A stretch of 62,966 bases of DNA, the filler included, from Octopus bimaculoides (lineage: Eukaryota): assembly GCF_001194135.2 (NCBI RefSeq). It is 4 parts of 4 records of this genome, joined end to end, with 100 filler letters (N's around TTAATTAATTAA, not from the genome) between each part and the next. Parts side by side here need not be neighbours in the genome. Positions count along the whole stretch, not along the records: positions 1 to 29,164 come from NC_068981.1; 3 more parts are not named here. One strand, given 5' to 3'. The notes below the pieces were generated by a model, which saw only the letters and a program-made list of their open reading frames with translations, did not search any database and was not told the origin of the DNA. A program made the position numbers and the translations under genes. Shown here in pieces: positions 10,644 to 23,555 of the stretch (the stretch's first letter is position 1; the number at the start of each line of letters is the position of its first letter).

Positions 10644-13309
10644 ACAATAACACTAAAAGAGAAAGAAATTTCTCAGGTTTGATTTCTACATAAAGAAAAC
10701 ATGATTATGTAGGATCAAATCTAATGTAGTGAATAAAAATTATTCTTGATTTAAAATTATACCAGTTGTTAAGAGAAAATCATTTGCTTTATAGGTTTAT
10801 TCGTGTCAAGAAAGACAAGGGAAACGGCTGAAAAATTAAAATTCAAAATTAAATAAGTATGCAGTGGGAACATGTGGGACAACTCCAGATATGTTTCGGT
10901 TTTATTAACCTTCTCAGCGATGTGTATTTTTATCAGTACTTATTAAATCTTAGGTAAAACAGTTTATAAAGATTTTGAGGGGAAACAATTCAGTCTGAAC
11001 TCATGAGCAAAGTATACACTTGTCGAAGTAGTTGTGAGAAAATCATTAAGTAAAAAGTACAGTGTCGAAAAAATGGAATTTTTTTACAGAATAACTAACA
11101 GAGAGAAGCTATCTTTGTGGGAAACAATAGTCAAGTTAGTGTTAACACATTTAATAGCAAGAATATTAGAAAATTACCAAGAAATAATTATGCAGTGAGG
11201 AAAAAAGCAGCAGTAGTAATTAATGATTTAAATTTGCATACAATATTTGTTTTCTATTTTACTACTTGTGAAAGATTTCCCTGTTTCCCCTCTCGTTCTG
11301 CTTTGCTATAAACAAACAGCAATCTTATATTTTGTTTTCCTTTCTCTGAAAAAATAAAAAAAATTAGTTTTGGAGATTTTCATTGAAATTCTCTAGCATT
11401 TTCATATTTTTTGTTAACAAAAAGAAAGCGTTTTTGTCGTCTGGTTTCCTCGGAATTACATACCTTTGTTTACATAAGAACTCAATGTTACTTTACTTCA
11501 CTTCAATATCACCTTCTTGAGACATTTAAAAATGAATGAGATATCGTTCAATTCAAGATGTAATAAAAATCATTTAAAAGAGATTTCACGATCGAGAAAG
11601 AAATTTTTGTAGTTTAATGTCTTCTATTTTTAAGCAAGCATCAAGTGTTTTTTATTCATTTCTTAAAAATCTTTTTCTTGTAGTAGATCTCATAAGCAAA
11701 ACACAAAGAAACAGTCATAAATACTCAATCATATCTCACTTCAAATTTCTCTACACCGTCCTCAAACTGATATATACACACACACACGGGTACCGACGTG
11801 GCTAAAAAGTTCGCTTTGCAGCCGTGTGTATATGTATGCCTTTTATCGTTTCTGGGTCTACAAAAAGAACACTGGACTTGTGGAAATGTAAAGTATGTTG
11901 GGCCAGTTAGCTTATCGTATTTGTTCCAGCTTTTTTAATTGCGGGGTTCAAATCACGCCATGGCCTACTAGAGGGGTAGACTTAATACGTGACCCTATTA
12001 AATACCACCGTACCTTGATTGCTTTTAGCGGAGGCCACCCAGTTTCAAATATTAGGACCAGTTCTCGTCCCTCCTACCAAATTTAGAAGGTCATGGATAC
12101 AGCCTTGTCCTCTTGACAACAAAAGAGAAAAACAGGATATAGATGTAGGTATGTACATACATGTATGGATATATGCATATATTTTTATATTATTTATATT
12201 ATTATATGATCGAACGCCACGCATCCTCTTCCAAGTAAGTTTATATATATATATACACACAAGAGAAAAAAGCCAGGTCAGTTCCTCCTCAACTTTATTC
12301 GATTGTCAAAGAATATGTATAAGAATATGTATATGTATATATATTTTTCCATATGTGTATTTTCATACACTGTTTTTAACATTTTCATTTTAATATCAGA
12401 GAATGTGTGATANNNNNNNNNNNNNNNNNNNNNNNNNNNNNNNNNNNNNNNNNNNNNNNNNNNNNNNNNNNNNNNNNNNNNNNNNNNNNNNNNNNNNNNN
12501 NNNNNNNNNNNNNNNNNNNNNNNNNNNNNNNNNNNNNNNNNNNNNNNNNNNNNNNNNNNNNNNNNNNNNNNNNNNNNNNNNNNNNNNNNNNNNNNNNNNN
12601 NNNNNNNNNNNNNNNNNNNNNNNNNNNNNNNNNNNNNNNNNNNNNNNNNNNNNNNNNNNNNNNNNNNNNNNNNNNNNNNNNNNNNNNNNNNNNNNNNNNN
12701 NNNNNNNNNNNNNNNNNNNNNNNNNNNNNNNNNNNNNNNNNNNNNNNNNNNNNNNNNNNNNNNNNNNNNNNNNNNNNNNNNNNNNNNNNNNNNNNNNNNN
12801 NNNNNNNNNNNNNNNNNNNNNNNNNNNNNNNNNNNNNNNNNNNNNNNNNNNNNNNNNNNNNNNNNNNNNNNNNNNNNNNNNNNNNNNNNNNNNNNNNNNN
12901 NNNNNNNNNNNNNNNNNNNNNNNNNNNNNNNNNNNNNNNNNNNNNNNNNNNNNNNNNNNNNNNNNNNNNNNNNNNNNNNNNNNNNNNNNNNNNNNNNNNN
13001 NNNNNNNNNNNNNNNNNNNNNNNNNNNNNNNNNNNNNNNNNNNNNNNNNNNNNNNNNNNNNNNNNNNNNNNNNNNNNNNNNNNNNNNNNNNNNNNNNNNN
13101 NNNNNNNNNNNNNNNNNNNNNNNNNNNNNNNNNNNNNNNNNNNNNNNNNNNNNNNNNNNNNNNNNNNNNNNNNNNNNNNNNNNNNNNNNNNNNNNNNNNN
13201 NNNNNNNNNNNNNNNNNNNNNNNNNNNNNNNNNNNNNNNNNNNNNNNNNNNNNNNNNNNNNNNNNNNNNNNNNNNNNNNNNNNNNNNNNNNNNNNNNNNN
13301 NNNNNNNNN

Positions 13310-13310
<1 letters not shown>

Positions 13311-13378
<68 letters not shown>

Positions 13379-13507
13379 TTATTTATATATATATATACGT
13401 ATGTATATATATATATATACATTTATACGTATCTATATATATATACATACATATACATATGTATATATATCTATATATATACATACATATATATATATAT
13501 ATATATA
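13311..13507. repeat. (TA)n / TA-rich compound microsatellite next to a gap
   Basis: Directly visible. Confidence 0.95.
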
Positions 13508-14186
13508 TGTCTGTGTTGTTCAAATTTCTGTGTCCATTTTGTCCAACTAAGACTAAAACCATTATACGAAGAAAGGATTTTTTTTGACCGAATAAAGAGA
13601 AATAAATAAAAAGAGAGTGAGAAAAAGAGAAAGAGAAAGAAGGAAAGAAAGAAAGAGAGATGGAAAGAGAGAGGAAGGAGAAAGAGAGAGTTCTTAGTGC
13701 TTGATTCATTGCCTGCTTTTCCGAACTCTTGTCAAATGGTCATTTGATAATCCAAAATCGATTCTTTATTGCTACATATCAGTTTCACTGCATTTCTTCA
13801 TCGATATTAAACTGGATAGTTGGTGAAATTATTGAGGGTGTCGGAAGACGATAGGGAAGTTAATACCAAAAGAGTTTCAAAGCTGTTCTGAAGCCGAGGG
13901 TGCAACAGAAAGGCAATAAAACTATTGAGATGTGGTTTTCGAAGTGAGAAATTAAGCCATAACAGATTCGGAAACGTCATAAACGGTGAATGCGTTCACA
14001 ATTGTATGAACAAGCGTTATTATGAAGTGTCGGGGGAAATTTGTCTGTAGGTTCATACAAAATCCTGTATAAGTGTGTAGAGGATGCATATATATTACAC
14101 ATACGTACGTCTTTCATGCGTATGAATGTGTACATACATACATACATACATACATACATACATACGTACGTACGTACATGCGTACA

Positions 14187-14531
14187 TTCTTTTATTCTTT
14201 TACTTGTTTCAGTCATTTGACTGCAGCCATCCTAGAGCACCGCCTTTAGTCGAACAAATCGACCCGACCCTAGTACTTATTCTATTGTCTCTTTTGCCGA
14301 ACCGCTAAGTTATGGGGACGTAAACGCACCAACATCAGTTGTCAAGCAATGGTGGAGGACAAACACAAGCACACACATACATATTTACGACGGGCTTCTT
14401 TCAATTTCCGTCTACCAAATTCACTCGGTCCAAGGCTATAGTAGAAGACACTTTCCCAAGATGCCACGCAGTAGGACTGAACCCGTAACCATGAGCTTGG
14501 GAAGCAAGCTTCTTACAACATAGCCACTCCT
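14187..14531 (-). mobile_element. Composite SINE family D, full copy
   Basis: Minus-strand head aggagtggctatgttgtaagaagcttgc..., CORE-like ggcatcttgggaaagtgtc, 3' module. Confidence 0.85.
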
Positions 14532-14549
14532 ATTTATATATATATGTAT

Positions 14550-14800
14550 GTGCAATAATCACTCGCCACATCGCGGTTCACCTCTCGCGGTTCACCTATC
14601 GCAGTTTATTTAAGCTTACGTCGATTCCTATGACCGGTAATCACAGTGAGGTGAGCTCGTGTCTCATCGCTGGCCGCTGACAAATTTTTCTGCAATATAA
14701 GGATGTTCTGTCCTATTTATGCTATTCAGCATTAATCATTATGCGTTTGAGAATAAAATATTTCCATATGTGTATATTTCAATACATCTCAACGCTTCTA
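14550..14800 (+). mobile_element. pogo/Tigger-like DNA transposon end fragment
   Basis: caataatcactcgccacatcgcggttcacctctcgcggttcacctatcgc resembles Tigger TIR sub-repeats. Confidence 0.5.
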
Positions 14801-14830
14801 AAAAAGCAAACTTTGTTTACATACATCGTA

Positions 14831-14874
<44 letters not shown>

Positions 14875-14906
14875 TACATATGTATATATATTTGTATGTA
14901 TGTTTG

Positions 14907-14955
<49 letters not shown>

Positions 14956-14964
14956 GTGTGTGTG

Positions 14965-15001
<37 letters not shown>

Positions 15002-15321
15002 ATTGCCTCGCTGTAAGATCGTAGCTGTCTCACATTCAGGCTGATTGTTCTGGTTTACTTTCATCTTTGTATGACCGCAGATATGACTTTTCAGCCTCGC
15101 GTCTATCGCCATAGGTCTTTATAAAATACCAAAGGGGTATCGAGAAATGTACGTCATTGGATTTAAGTGATAAAAGCTTGTGCAATAATTTTGCCAATCT
15201 CTCGGTCGCCATAGAAGGTTCCAGTGACAAGCATTGAAAGATGGCTGGTACTATTTTGACTACACGGCTTCGTTAAAATTAACCTTCTCTACCTCCGAGA
15301 AATCTCTTCAACTCATAGGAG

Positions 15322-15455
15322 GAGCCCTAACAAGTACTACAGTTCCTGGTCAGAACGGACCAGGGAATAATGGTAACTAAGGGGTGACCCCACGCTCCCT
15401 ACAACTAAAGAACTCCCGAACTGAAGCCTCACCAGCGGGTGCATTTTAATGTCAC
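15322..15455 (+). mobile_element. Interspersed SINE-like repeat fragment
   Basis: cctggtcagaacggaccagggaataatggtaact...aactgaagcctcaccag pattern; family not identified. Confidence 0.5.
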
Positions 15456-16216
15456 ATATATAAGCTTTCTGCAGTATACCGATGAATGTATAATTCACTT
15501 TGATTGTAAGCGTGTGTACAAGATGCACATGGATCGCCGAAACACTGCCATATCTTAAGTTACACGTTCTGCTTCTATGTGTTAGATCTGTGTATTTAAG
15601 TCAATGTATGTCCATAGACTACAGAAACAGAGATATTTCACAGCTTCTAGCCTCATTACAAAGGAAACACCCAATTCTGGTTAATGACTTCACTTTATAC
15701 TTTCCACATGCATACATACATACATACATACATACATACATACTGTTATATGCTCATATCTATGTGTATGCGTAGGTATACGTATATATGAATACATCCC
15801 CATTATTAGTACTATTTTGTTAAGCGCATCTAGTAAACAGCATGAACTGTGACTAAAGCGGATATGCACAATGTGTATCACTCCGCTATACATATACAGG
15901 TTGCAAATAAACACGTAGAATCATAAAACGGCTTCAATGAGTTGTTTATTGTCCCAACACAAACCAAAGAATACATAACACATACATACATACATACATA
16001 CATGTATGTATATAAGATTCATGCATAACTAATACTGTGTTGTTGACATCTCGTGCTGTCTGTACTTTCGTGTGAAACTGTTAATTCAGGAGCGGAATGT
16101 CATTCATAGGTCAAACTTTTGTTGAAAAAATGCGGGTTGGCCTGCAAGAAGACTATGGAACCAATGAAATTACACGATTCCATTGAGAGGTATGTGTGTG
16201 AGCATGTGCATCTTCA

Positions 16217-16480
16217 TCATCATCATCATCATCATCATCATTTAACATCTGTTTTCCATGATGGTATGAGTTGGACGTTTGACAGGCGTTGGTGAGCCCG
16301 GGAGCCACACCAGGATCCATTGTCTGTTTTGGCATGGTTTTTAGAGCTGAGTGCCTTCCTAACGCCTATCCCTTTAAAGAGTGGACTGGGTACTTTTTTT
16401 ATGTTTTTATGTGGCACCAACAACAGTGCTTTTTACGTGGCCCGAGCACCAACAGGGTCATCAAGTATCTTGCAAGACAA
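16217..16480 (-). mobile_element. SINE/LINE 3' end with (ATG)n tail (family E)
   Basis: (CAT)n run next to tttaacatctgttttccatg...tggcatggttttt; second copy on + at 22540-22660. Confidence 0.7.
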
Positions 16481-17061
16481 AGACCTTAAATGGGAGAGGG
16501 AGTCCTATTGAAAGGGCCCTGGCTTTGTGCCAGTTGAGAGATGTAAAGTATAGAAGGGCCAGATACAGGTGCTTTGCTGTAATGTAGATACATGGATACC
16601 CCAGCTGGAAAACAAAGGAGGGTGAGTTAGTGAGTAAAACAAAGAGAGCGATAGTGCGCGCGAGCGCGTGTGTGTGTGTATGTGGGTGTGCGTGAGAGAG
16701 AGAGAGAGAGAGAGGGGTAATGACGGAGATGTCAGGACATACCCTCTAGGGGTATGGATGTGGTGAGAATAGATGAGGTGATGTAGAGATTTGGGCTGGG
16801 TAAGTGGACAGGATGAGGTAACTATAGCAAATGATGGAGAGAAAAATATAGGAGAGGCGCGGCAGCGGGTGTTGTGGTAAATATGTGAGGGCATTGAGGG
16901 TGATAGCAGTTAAACCAGGTGTTGATGATGGAGAGCAACACAGGGAAGGGAGAGAAGGCGCAGAACAGATGATTGACGAAGGCAGGGCGGGAGAAGAAAG
17001 GTAACTGGGGGAGGAGGTAACAAATGGCAGCAAATGGATTCGTGCACAGTTGGAGCTAGCA

Positions 17062-18250
17062 GTGACCTTCATGAGGCAGTGTGCCAGTGACATCGCAAGT
17101 TGTGAAATTTGTGTTTTTGTGATCACGTGTGTGCTGTAGTCTGCGATTTTGTCTTGGACAGGAAGTTCGAACAAAAAAACCGTTGTGAAATTTTACTTTA
17201 AACTTGGTAAGTCTGCTAGAGAGACATTGAACATGCTTCGACAAGCTTACGGCGACAAAGCAGTGGGTCGTACGCAATGTTTTGAGGGGCACGGGCGCTT
17301 CAAAAGTAGAAGATCTGACACAAGCATCACCCCCCCGGAAATGTGTAGAAAATTCATCAGCTTGTGCATGAGGATCGTCGGAGTACAATCAACAACATTG
17401 CCTGATGTTGTTGGTCTGTCCGTATGGGTCCGTGCAGGCAATCCTAACGTCTGAATTGAGCATGCAGCGTGTCTCTACCAAGTTTGTCCCCCGCTTGCTG
17501 ACCGCTAATCAGAAAGAACATCGCGTTGAAGTCTGTCAAGGTCTGTGTCAAAGTGCTGCTGATGGCCCGTCCTTCATGTTGAGGATCCTCACCGGTGATG
17601 AGAGTTGGCTCTATGGGTACGACCCTGGGACGAAGCAGCAATCGTCACAATGGAAGTGTCTTTCATCTCCACGACCGACGAAGGCACAACAGAGCCTCAT
17701 TTCAATCAAGAGTATGCTCATCGGTTTTATTTCGACATCTGCGTTGTACATCCAGAATTCGTCCTCCCGGGCCAGACCGTCAATCGAGAGTTCTACTACG
17801 ACGTTTTGAAGCGTTTGGAGGAGGACATTCGGCGAAAGCGACCGGATCTGTGGAGCGCGAAGAATTGGATTCTTCACAACGACAATGCACCTTGTCACAG
17901 AGCTCTTCTTACTAGTGAGTTCCTTACCAAAACAAAATATTGCTTCCGCACCCACCCTATCCGTCAGATTTAGCAACTACAGACTTCCATCTCTTCCCTA
18001 AGATGAAAAAGCAGCTCAAAGGTCACCGTTTCAACACCGTTGTCGAGATCTAGAGCGAATCGCGGAAGGTCCTCGACTCGCTTATGGAAAACTATTTCCA
18101 AGCCGGCTTCTAAAAGTGGCAGGAACACTGGGATGGGTGTATTGCTGTGCAAGGTGATTGTTTCATAGGAAATGATGTTAAAACTTTGGTAAATAAGTTA
18201 TTTATTTTTTTTTATTAGACAAAAGTAGTCCGGGAACTTTTTAATACATA
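17062..18250 (+). mobile_element. Near-complete mariner (DD34D, irritans-like) transposon fossil
   Basis: VVKFYFKLGKSARETLNMLRQAYG, KFVPRLL, ILTGDESWLYGYDP, WILHNDNAPCH, HPPYPSDLATTDFHLF; 3' TIR gtccgggaactttttaatacata; 5' TIR not seen; frameshifted. Confidence 0.92.
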
Positions 18251-18624
18251 CATACAAGTGCGTTTCCAAGAACAGACGAGAGATGTAGAATTTATTAGTT
18301 CGAAGCTGATGAATAAATTCCACTATTCCTCCAAGTCTCTTGCTTTTGCGTGTTTTCTTTTCTTCAATTTTTAAATAGATATATTTCACGCAGCAAACAT
18401 AAACGTCTAAATATTTTATAGTCGTAAATTTTTGTTTGTTACCTAAAGAATCTACACACGAAGACAAAAAACTCAGAGCATCAACGGAGGAAAATCTAAA
18501 CTTAGCAGAAAAATAAAGAGAAAAAAAGAATAATATAGATCGGTTAGACACACAAGCAGATGAATAGATAGATAGACAGACTGATAGATGGATAGACATA
18601 AGTAATTAGATGGATAAACAGACA

Positions 18625-18641
18625 GACATATAGATAGATAA

Positions 18642-18690
<49 letters not shown>
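18625..18690. repeat. (GATA)n microsatellite
   Basis: Directly visible. Confidence 0.95.
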
Positions 18691-19119
18691 CAGAGAGCAG
18701 GAGAGAGAGACGGAAGGAAGGTGAGCTGGATGAAATGATAGATCGATAAACCCGTGTGGTTGCTTGCTTAAGTGTCTAGTGGAGATATATTAATCGAAAT
18801 GCGTGTGTGCATTATCAGTGTTGGAAGAGGACAGGGAAAAGCAGTGTGAAAGAGTGCGTATGTGTTTGTATTTGTGTGATGAAGAAGAAGATGATGGTCA
18901 ACATTGGATGGGATGGGCGACCAACAAACAAGTAGGGTCTATGTTGACAGAGGTATGTTGTGTGTTTGTGCGTGCGTTTGTGTGGGGGATGTATTCTAGC
19001 AAAGGAAAACTGCTAAACATACGTGTCTGTAACTGGTTTGCGTGACGGTCTGTGCGCGAGAAAGTGAGAGAGAAAGCGACTAAAAGGGAAACAAACAGGT
19101 ATGTACTTTGAGAGTGTGC

Positions 19120-19162
<43 letters not shown>

Positions 19163-19511
19163 TGTGTCAAGAGCTTCGTTGTCTTGTGTTTGAGCGTAAA
19201 TTTGTTTGCGCGCGCGCGCACGAGCATATGTGTGTGTATGATAGCTTGGGTAAAAAAAGAACGCAGATAGCTTCAGTGTTTCTTTGTGTGTATGTGTTTG
19301 TATATGTGTATCTGTGNNNNNNNNNNNNNNNNNNNNNNNNNNNNNNNNNNNNNNNNNNNNNNNNNNNNNNNNNNNNNNNNNNNNNNNNNNNNNNNNNNNN
19401 NNNNNNNNNNNNNNNNNNNNNNNNNNNNNNNNNNNNNNNNNNNNNNNNNNNNNNNNNNNNNNNNNNNNNNNNNNNNNNNNNNNNNNNNNNNNNNNNNNNN
19501 NNNNNNNNNNN

Positions 19512-19557
<46 letters not shown>

Positions 19558-19933
19558 GCGTGCGTGTGTGTATATAGTGTCTGTGTGTGTGATAGTGTAT
19601 GTGTGAGTGTGTGTATCTGCGCGCGCATGTGAAAAACGGAGAGAATGTGTGTCTAATTTCGTTTAGCAAGATAGAGTATGTTAGTGTATTGCATGCGTAC
19701 TTGCATGATTGAAGAAAAATCGAAAGAAAAACCTATCAGGCTGGATTCGAGTGTTTGCCAGAGTGAGTATGTTTAAAAATGTACATGTGTACATTAGTAT
19801 GTGTGTGTCGTGAGTGTGTGTAGTCAAATCGGAGGAGAATCTGTTTGAGCTGAAAAGGGTGAGATGTGTGTGGTAGGCTTGGGTATCGAAAAAATATATA
19901 TGTAACAAGTTTATTAATATCGTAACATAGTAA

Positions 19934-20049
19934 GTTACATAGTTCGTCCCATATTGAAATCAAAAGGAATTTCGATAAACAGACGATCACCATACCGTCA
20001 GCTCATCGAATTTTCTTTTGACTTTCAATATGGGGACGAACTATGTAAC
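19934..20049. repeat. Long imperfect palindrome (probable foldback MITE)
   Basis: gttacatagttcgtcccatattgaaatcaaaagg... / ...cttttgactttcaatatggggacgaactatgtaac. Confidence 0.85.
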
Positions 20050-20154
20050 GATGTTAATAAAACTCGTCTTATCGTATATTGTCTAACCTTTGTCAGCTCT
20101 ACTTGGCTGAATATATAAATGCATACATGCATATAAATATTTGTTTTTTTTTTA

Positions 20155-20350
20155 AGCTTGTTTCAGTCATTTGACTGCAGCCATGCTGGAGCACCACCTT
20201 AAAGGATTTTAGTCGAAGAAATCGAGCCCATGACTTATTCTTTGTAAGCCTAGTACTTATTCTATCGGTCTATTCTGCCGAACCGCTAAACTGCGGGACG
20301 TAACCACACCAACATCAGCTGTCTGCGATGGTGGGAGTCAAGCAAGGACA
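20155..20350 (-). mobile_element. Composite SINE family D, 3' module
   Basis: ttgtttcagtcatttgactgcagccatgctggagcacc... Confidence 0.8.
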
Positions 20351-20430
20351 CAAGGACACACACATACACAGACCTGCGCGCACGCACATACCTACACATA
20401 CATACACATATTTCCTTCTCTTGCACTCGC

Positions 20431-21140
20431 GACGATAACTTAAGTTGGAGTGTCCACATAAACAAGAAAACCGACATGGCCTGCAGGGCGTGCTCCTGGA
20501 TCCTCAAGACTTTCCGGTCTAGAGATGCTCCAACCATTATCCTTCTTTTTTCTACCTTTGCCCGCCCTCGCCTTGAATACTGTTGTCCGTTATCGTCTCC
20601 CTACACGAGCCAGAATATTAAAAAGCTTGAAGCACCCCAGAGATCAATTACAAAAAAAAAAAAAAAAAATTGATGGCATGTCTGGTCTGAATTACTGGGA
20701 TCGACTCACGAATCTCAAACTGTATTCTCTCCAGCGCCGCCGAGGGCGCTTTATTATTTGTATGATGTGGAAATTGTTCCGACAGTATTGCGCAAATGAT
20801 ATCGGTATCACTTTTAAAATCCACCCAAGGCTTGGTGCCCGTACCATGCGTTCTCTACAGAAATCGTGCTCTCAGCACATCACAACACTAAGACGGAACT
20901 ACGTCTCCACAACTGGACCTCTTTTTAACATCATTCCAAAACATAAAGGAGGGAAAAGATTTCATAACCTTCAATAAGTTCCTGGATGAATATCTCCAAC
21001 AAATTCCGGATAAACCACCTACACCCGGATACACTGCTGCAAACAACAACTCTTTAATCGAATGGGCAATGGTACCTAAAAATAACTATACAAAAATACA
21101 TTACTAAATGTCTTTTCCAGATGGTGCTATTAAGTTAGCT
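20431..21140 (+). mobile_element. CR1/Crack-like LINE 3' fragment, same family as 850-1828
   Basis: DDNLSWSVHI, ARPRLEYCCPLSSPY, LKLYSLQRRRGRF, FLDEYLQQIPDKP; poly-A slippage frameshift. Confidence 0.88.
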
Positions 21141-21649
21141 AAGGCCTGGGCCAGTGTAGCCGAAACTTATCTAAGTGGTGCTTGTGTTCCAAAGGTACAA
21201 TGAGAGGGCTCAGGAGAAGGATAGAAAGATGGGATGGAAGGGAAGAAAGATAGAAGGAAAGAAAAGAATGGAAAGTGAAAAGGTAAACTGGGGGTCTGAA
21301 GTGAGTGCTAGGCAGGAGATGAAATGAAATACATGTCTTAACTATGTACTGGTCAAGTAGGAAAAAGATGAGTGATAAAAAATTGGATAGTTTTTTGGTT
21401 CCAAAAAGCGAAGAAAGAGAGACAGAGTGGAGCAGAGAAGGTTGGATGAAGAGCAAGTACGAAGAAAGAGGGAGTGCAGAGAAAAAAGGGAATAAAGATA
21501 GACAGAAGGTGGTTGATAGAGATGGACAAAGGAAGAAATGGAAGGTAGTAAAGAGAGAAAGGCAGCAGATAGGTAGAGAGACAGATAGAAATAGATGGGG
21601 AAGGTTTTGTGTACAAGAGGGAAGAGGAGAAGGACAGAGAAACGGATAG

Positions 21650-22505
21650 AAAAGAGAGAAAATCTTGCACCAAATATTGAACACTGTGTGGGGCGCCACT
21701 AAGTGGCAACAGAAGTGGGGTGTGTGACGTTACATTGACTAACAACTATAAAATTTTGCACAGAAAATCGACACACACACCCTTCTTCAACTTTCCGCAA
21801 ACTGCCTTCCACCAATGCCCTTGGGGCCAGCAAAAAGAGTTTGACAAAGACACACACCAATGCACCCATGTACACATACACACACCCCTAAAAGGCGGAC
21901 ACCCCGCATATAACTATCCCTCCAGAACATACCCCCTCACGTAAATTGTACCCCCACATATAGACCCTCCACACACATGCATTACACAACGCACGCTAAC
22001 ATAAAAAAACCACAGACCAACGAACGCAGCGCTATATATACCTAAACCCCCAGAAAATGTTATACATATGGCACCTCCACACATACCACACACCTCATGC
22101 CACACCCCCCCATCCCCACAGGAACACCACATTATTAATACATGCTTTCCCCACTTCAAGATAACTCTTGCCGGATTCACAAGATACCTAACGAAGGGAC
22201 ATAACTCCTAGCCCATTTTTCATTTCACCACTTTTTGTGCAGCAGCCGCTGACCGGGTATGCTAATCCTCCTCCGGCAGTGGAAAGCAATCACCATATTC
22301 CCTTTCATATCGGCTACCTCTGATGAGTGTAATTATATAATTGGATTGTTACCTAACACTCCATTGTGTTTATTGCGCGAAACCGATTGGTAAAACCAAC
22401 CATGATGGATACTTAATACTATAAAATTCGGATAATATACCTATTCTACAGACAGTTATACGAGAGCATCTTCTCCCTGACTTACGGTCTCTTAGACGAC
22501 TCACG
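21650..22505 (+). mobile_element. Probable Penelope-type terminal repeat (pLTR) with a hammerhead-like core
   Basis: C/A-rich non-coding tract ending in CTGATGA...GAAAC (22320-22392); element assignment inferred. Confidence 0.45.
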
Positions 22506-22679
22506 CACTATATATATATATATATATATACATCACTGTAGAAACCATGACAAATCAGACTGAAACCTGGTGCCGCTCCCTAGCTTACCAGTTTTCAGTC
22601 AAACCGTCCAACCCAGGCCAGCGTGAAAAATGGATGCTAAATGATGATGATCATGATGATGATAATAATATATATAATA

Positions 22680-23440
22680 CAGGGTGCGGTGAATGAACTG
22701 TCGTGTAAATTACACAAAAATGAAAATAACATTGACATCTCATTTTAACAGACATATTTAGCAAAATTACATACTAAAGAGTAAATTTATTCAATGAGAT
22801 CGCCATTCCCTTCAACCACGGTCTCTAGACGACTTCACAATCTCCTGAAACTCTTCTGGACGGTCTCCTTGTTTAAATTGGTAAATGCTGCCATATCCCT
22901 TGCCTTCAGTTCATCTTTGGTGTTACTAGGAATTTTGTTGGTCTCTCGCTCAACTGCGGCTTACATATAATAATCAAGGGGGTTGGTGTCTTGGGAGTTA
23001 GGTGGCCAGATGTTAGCGGTGATGTGGTCGCAGAAATTGTCTGACAGCCATGGGTTCTCCTGCTTCTGTGGCATGGTGCATAGTCCTGTTGCTAGACATA
23101 GGGTATTCCAGCAGCCACCAGCTTGACCCAGAATAGTACTACCTCCTCCAGACACTTGATGTAAGCCTCCGTGTTGAGTGTAAGGCCGTGTGGGAAGATG
23201 AATGGAAGCATAACGTTGCCATCACTAGTGATCACTCCAAACACCATGATGTTGACTGAATGTTTGATTTTAATCACTCTCGGTATATGTTTTTGGGACT
23301 CAGACTGTCACCCAACACTCTGAAATGTTCGTATTGGTGCTTCCGGTGCAAATGCCAAGCAGTACAGCACATCGTTTCCAAAACTCTCAAATGATTATTT
23401 GGTGCTGCTACGACTATCAGATTACATGATTTCAGCCTGA
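22680..23440 (-). mobile_element. maT/DD37D-type transposon, second internally deleted copy
   Basis: TA-cagggtgcggtgaatgaactgtcg TIR; NTEAYIKCLEEVV, IWPPNSQDTNPLDYY; homologous to 1843-2709. Confidence 0.87.
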
Positions 23441-23555
23441 TTTGACCTTATCAATCATAGACATCAAACAGCTGAAAATAGCAGCAACTGCCGTGCTAGC
23501 AATACACAGAAATACAGAGCCAAAAGAGGCGTTAACTGGTAATGATGTGAGTGTG

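Noticed and set aside
17149-18152. Functional transposase or SETMAR-like host gene
   Set aside because: Split across frames by indels and stops; no SET domain; TIR present
22244-22290. HDV-like ribozyme (gctgaccg...tcctcctc cggcagt gg)
   Set aside because: P1 needs a bulge, and P3 and P2 cannot be formed
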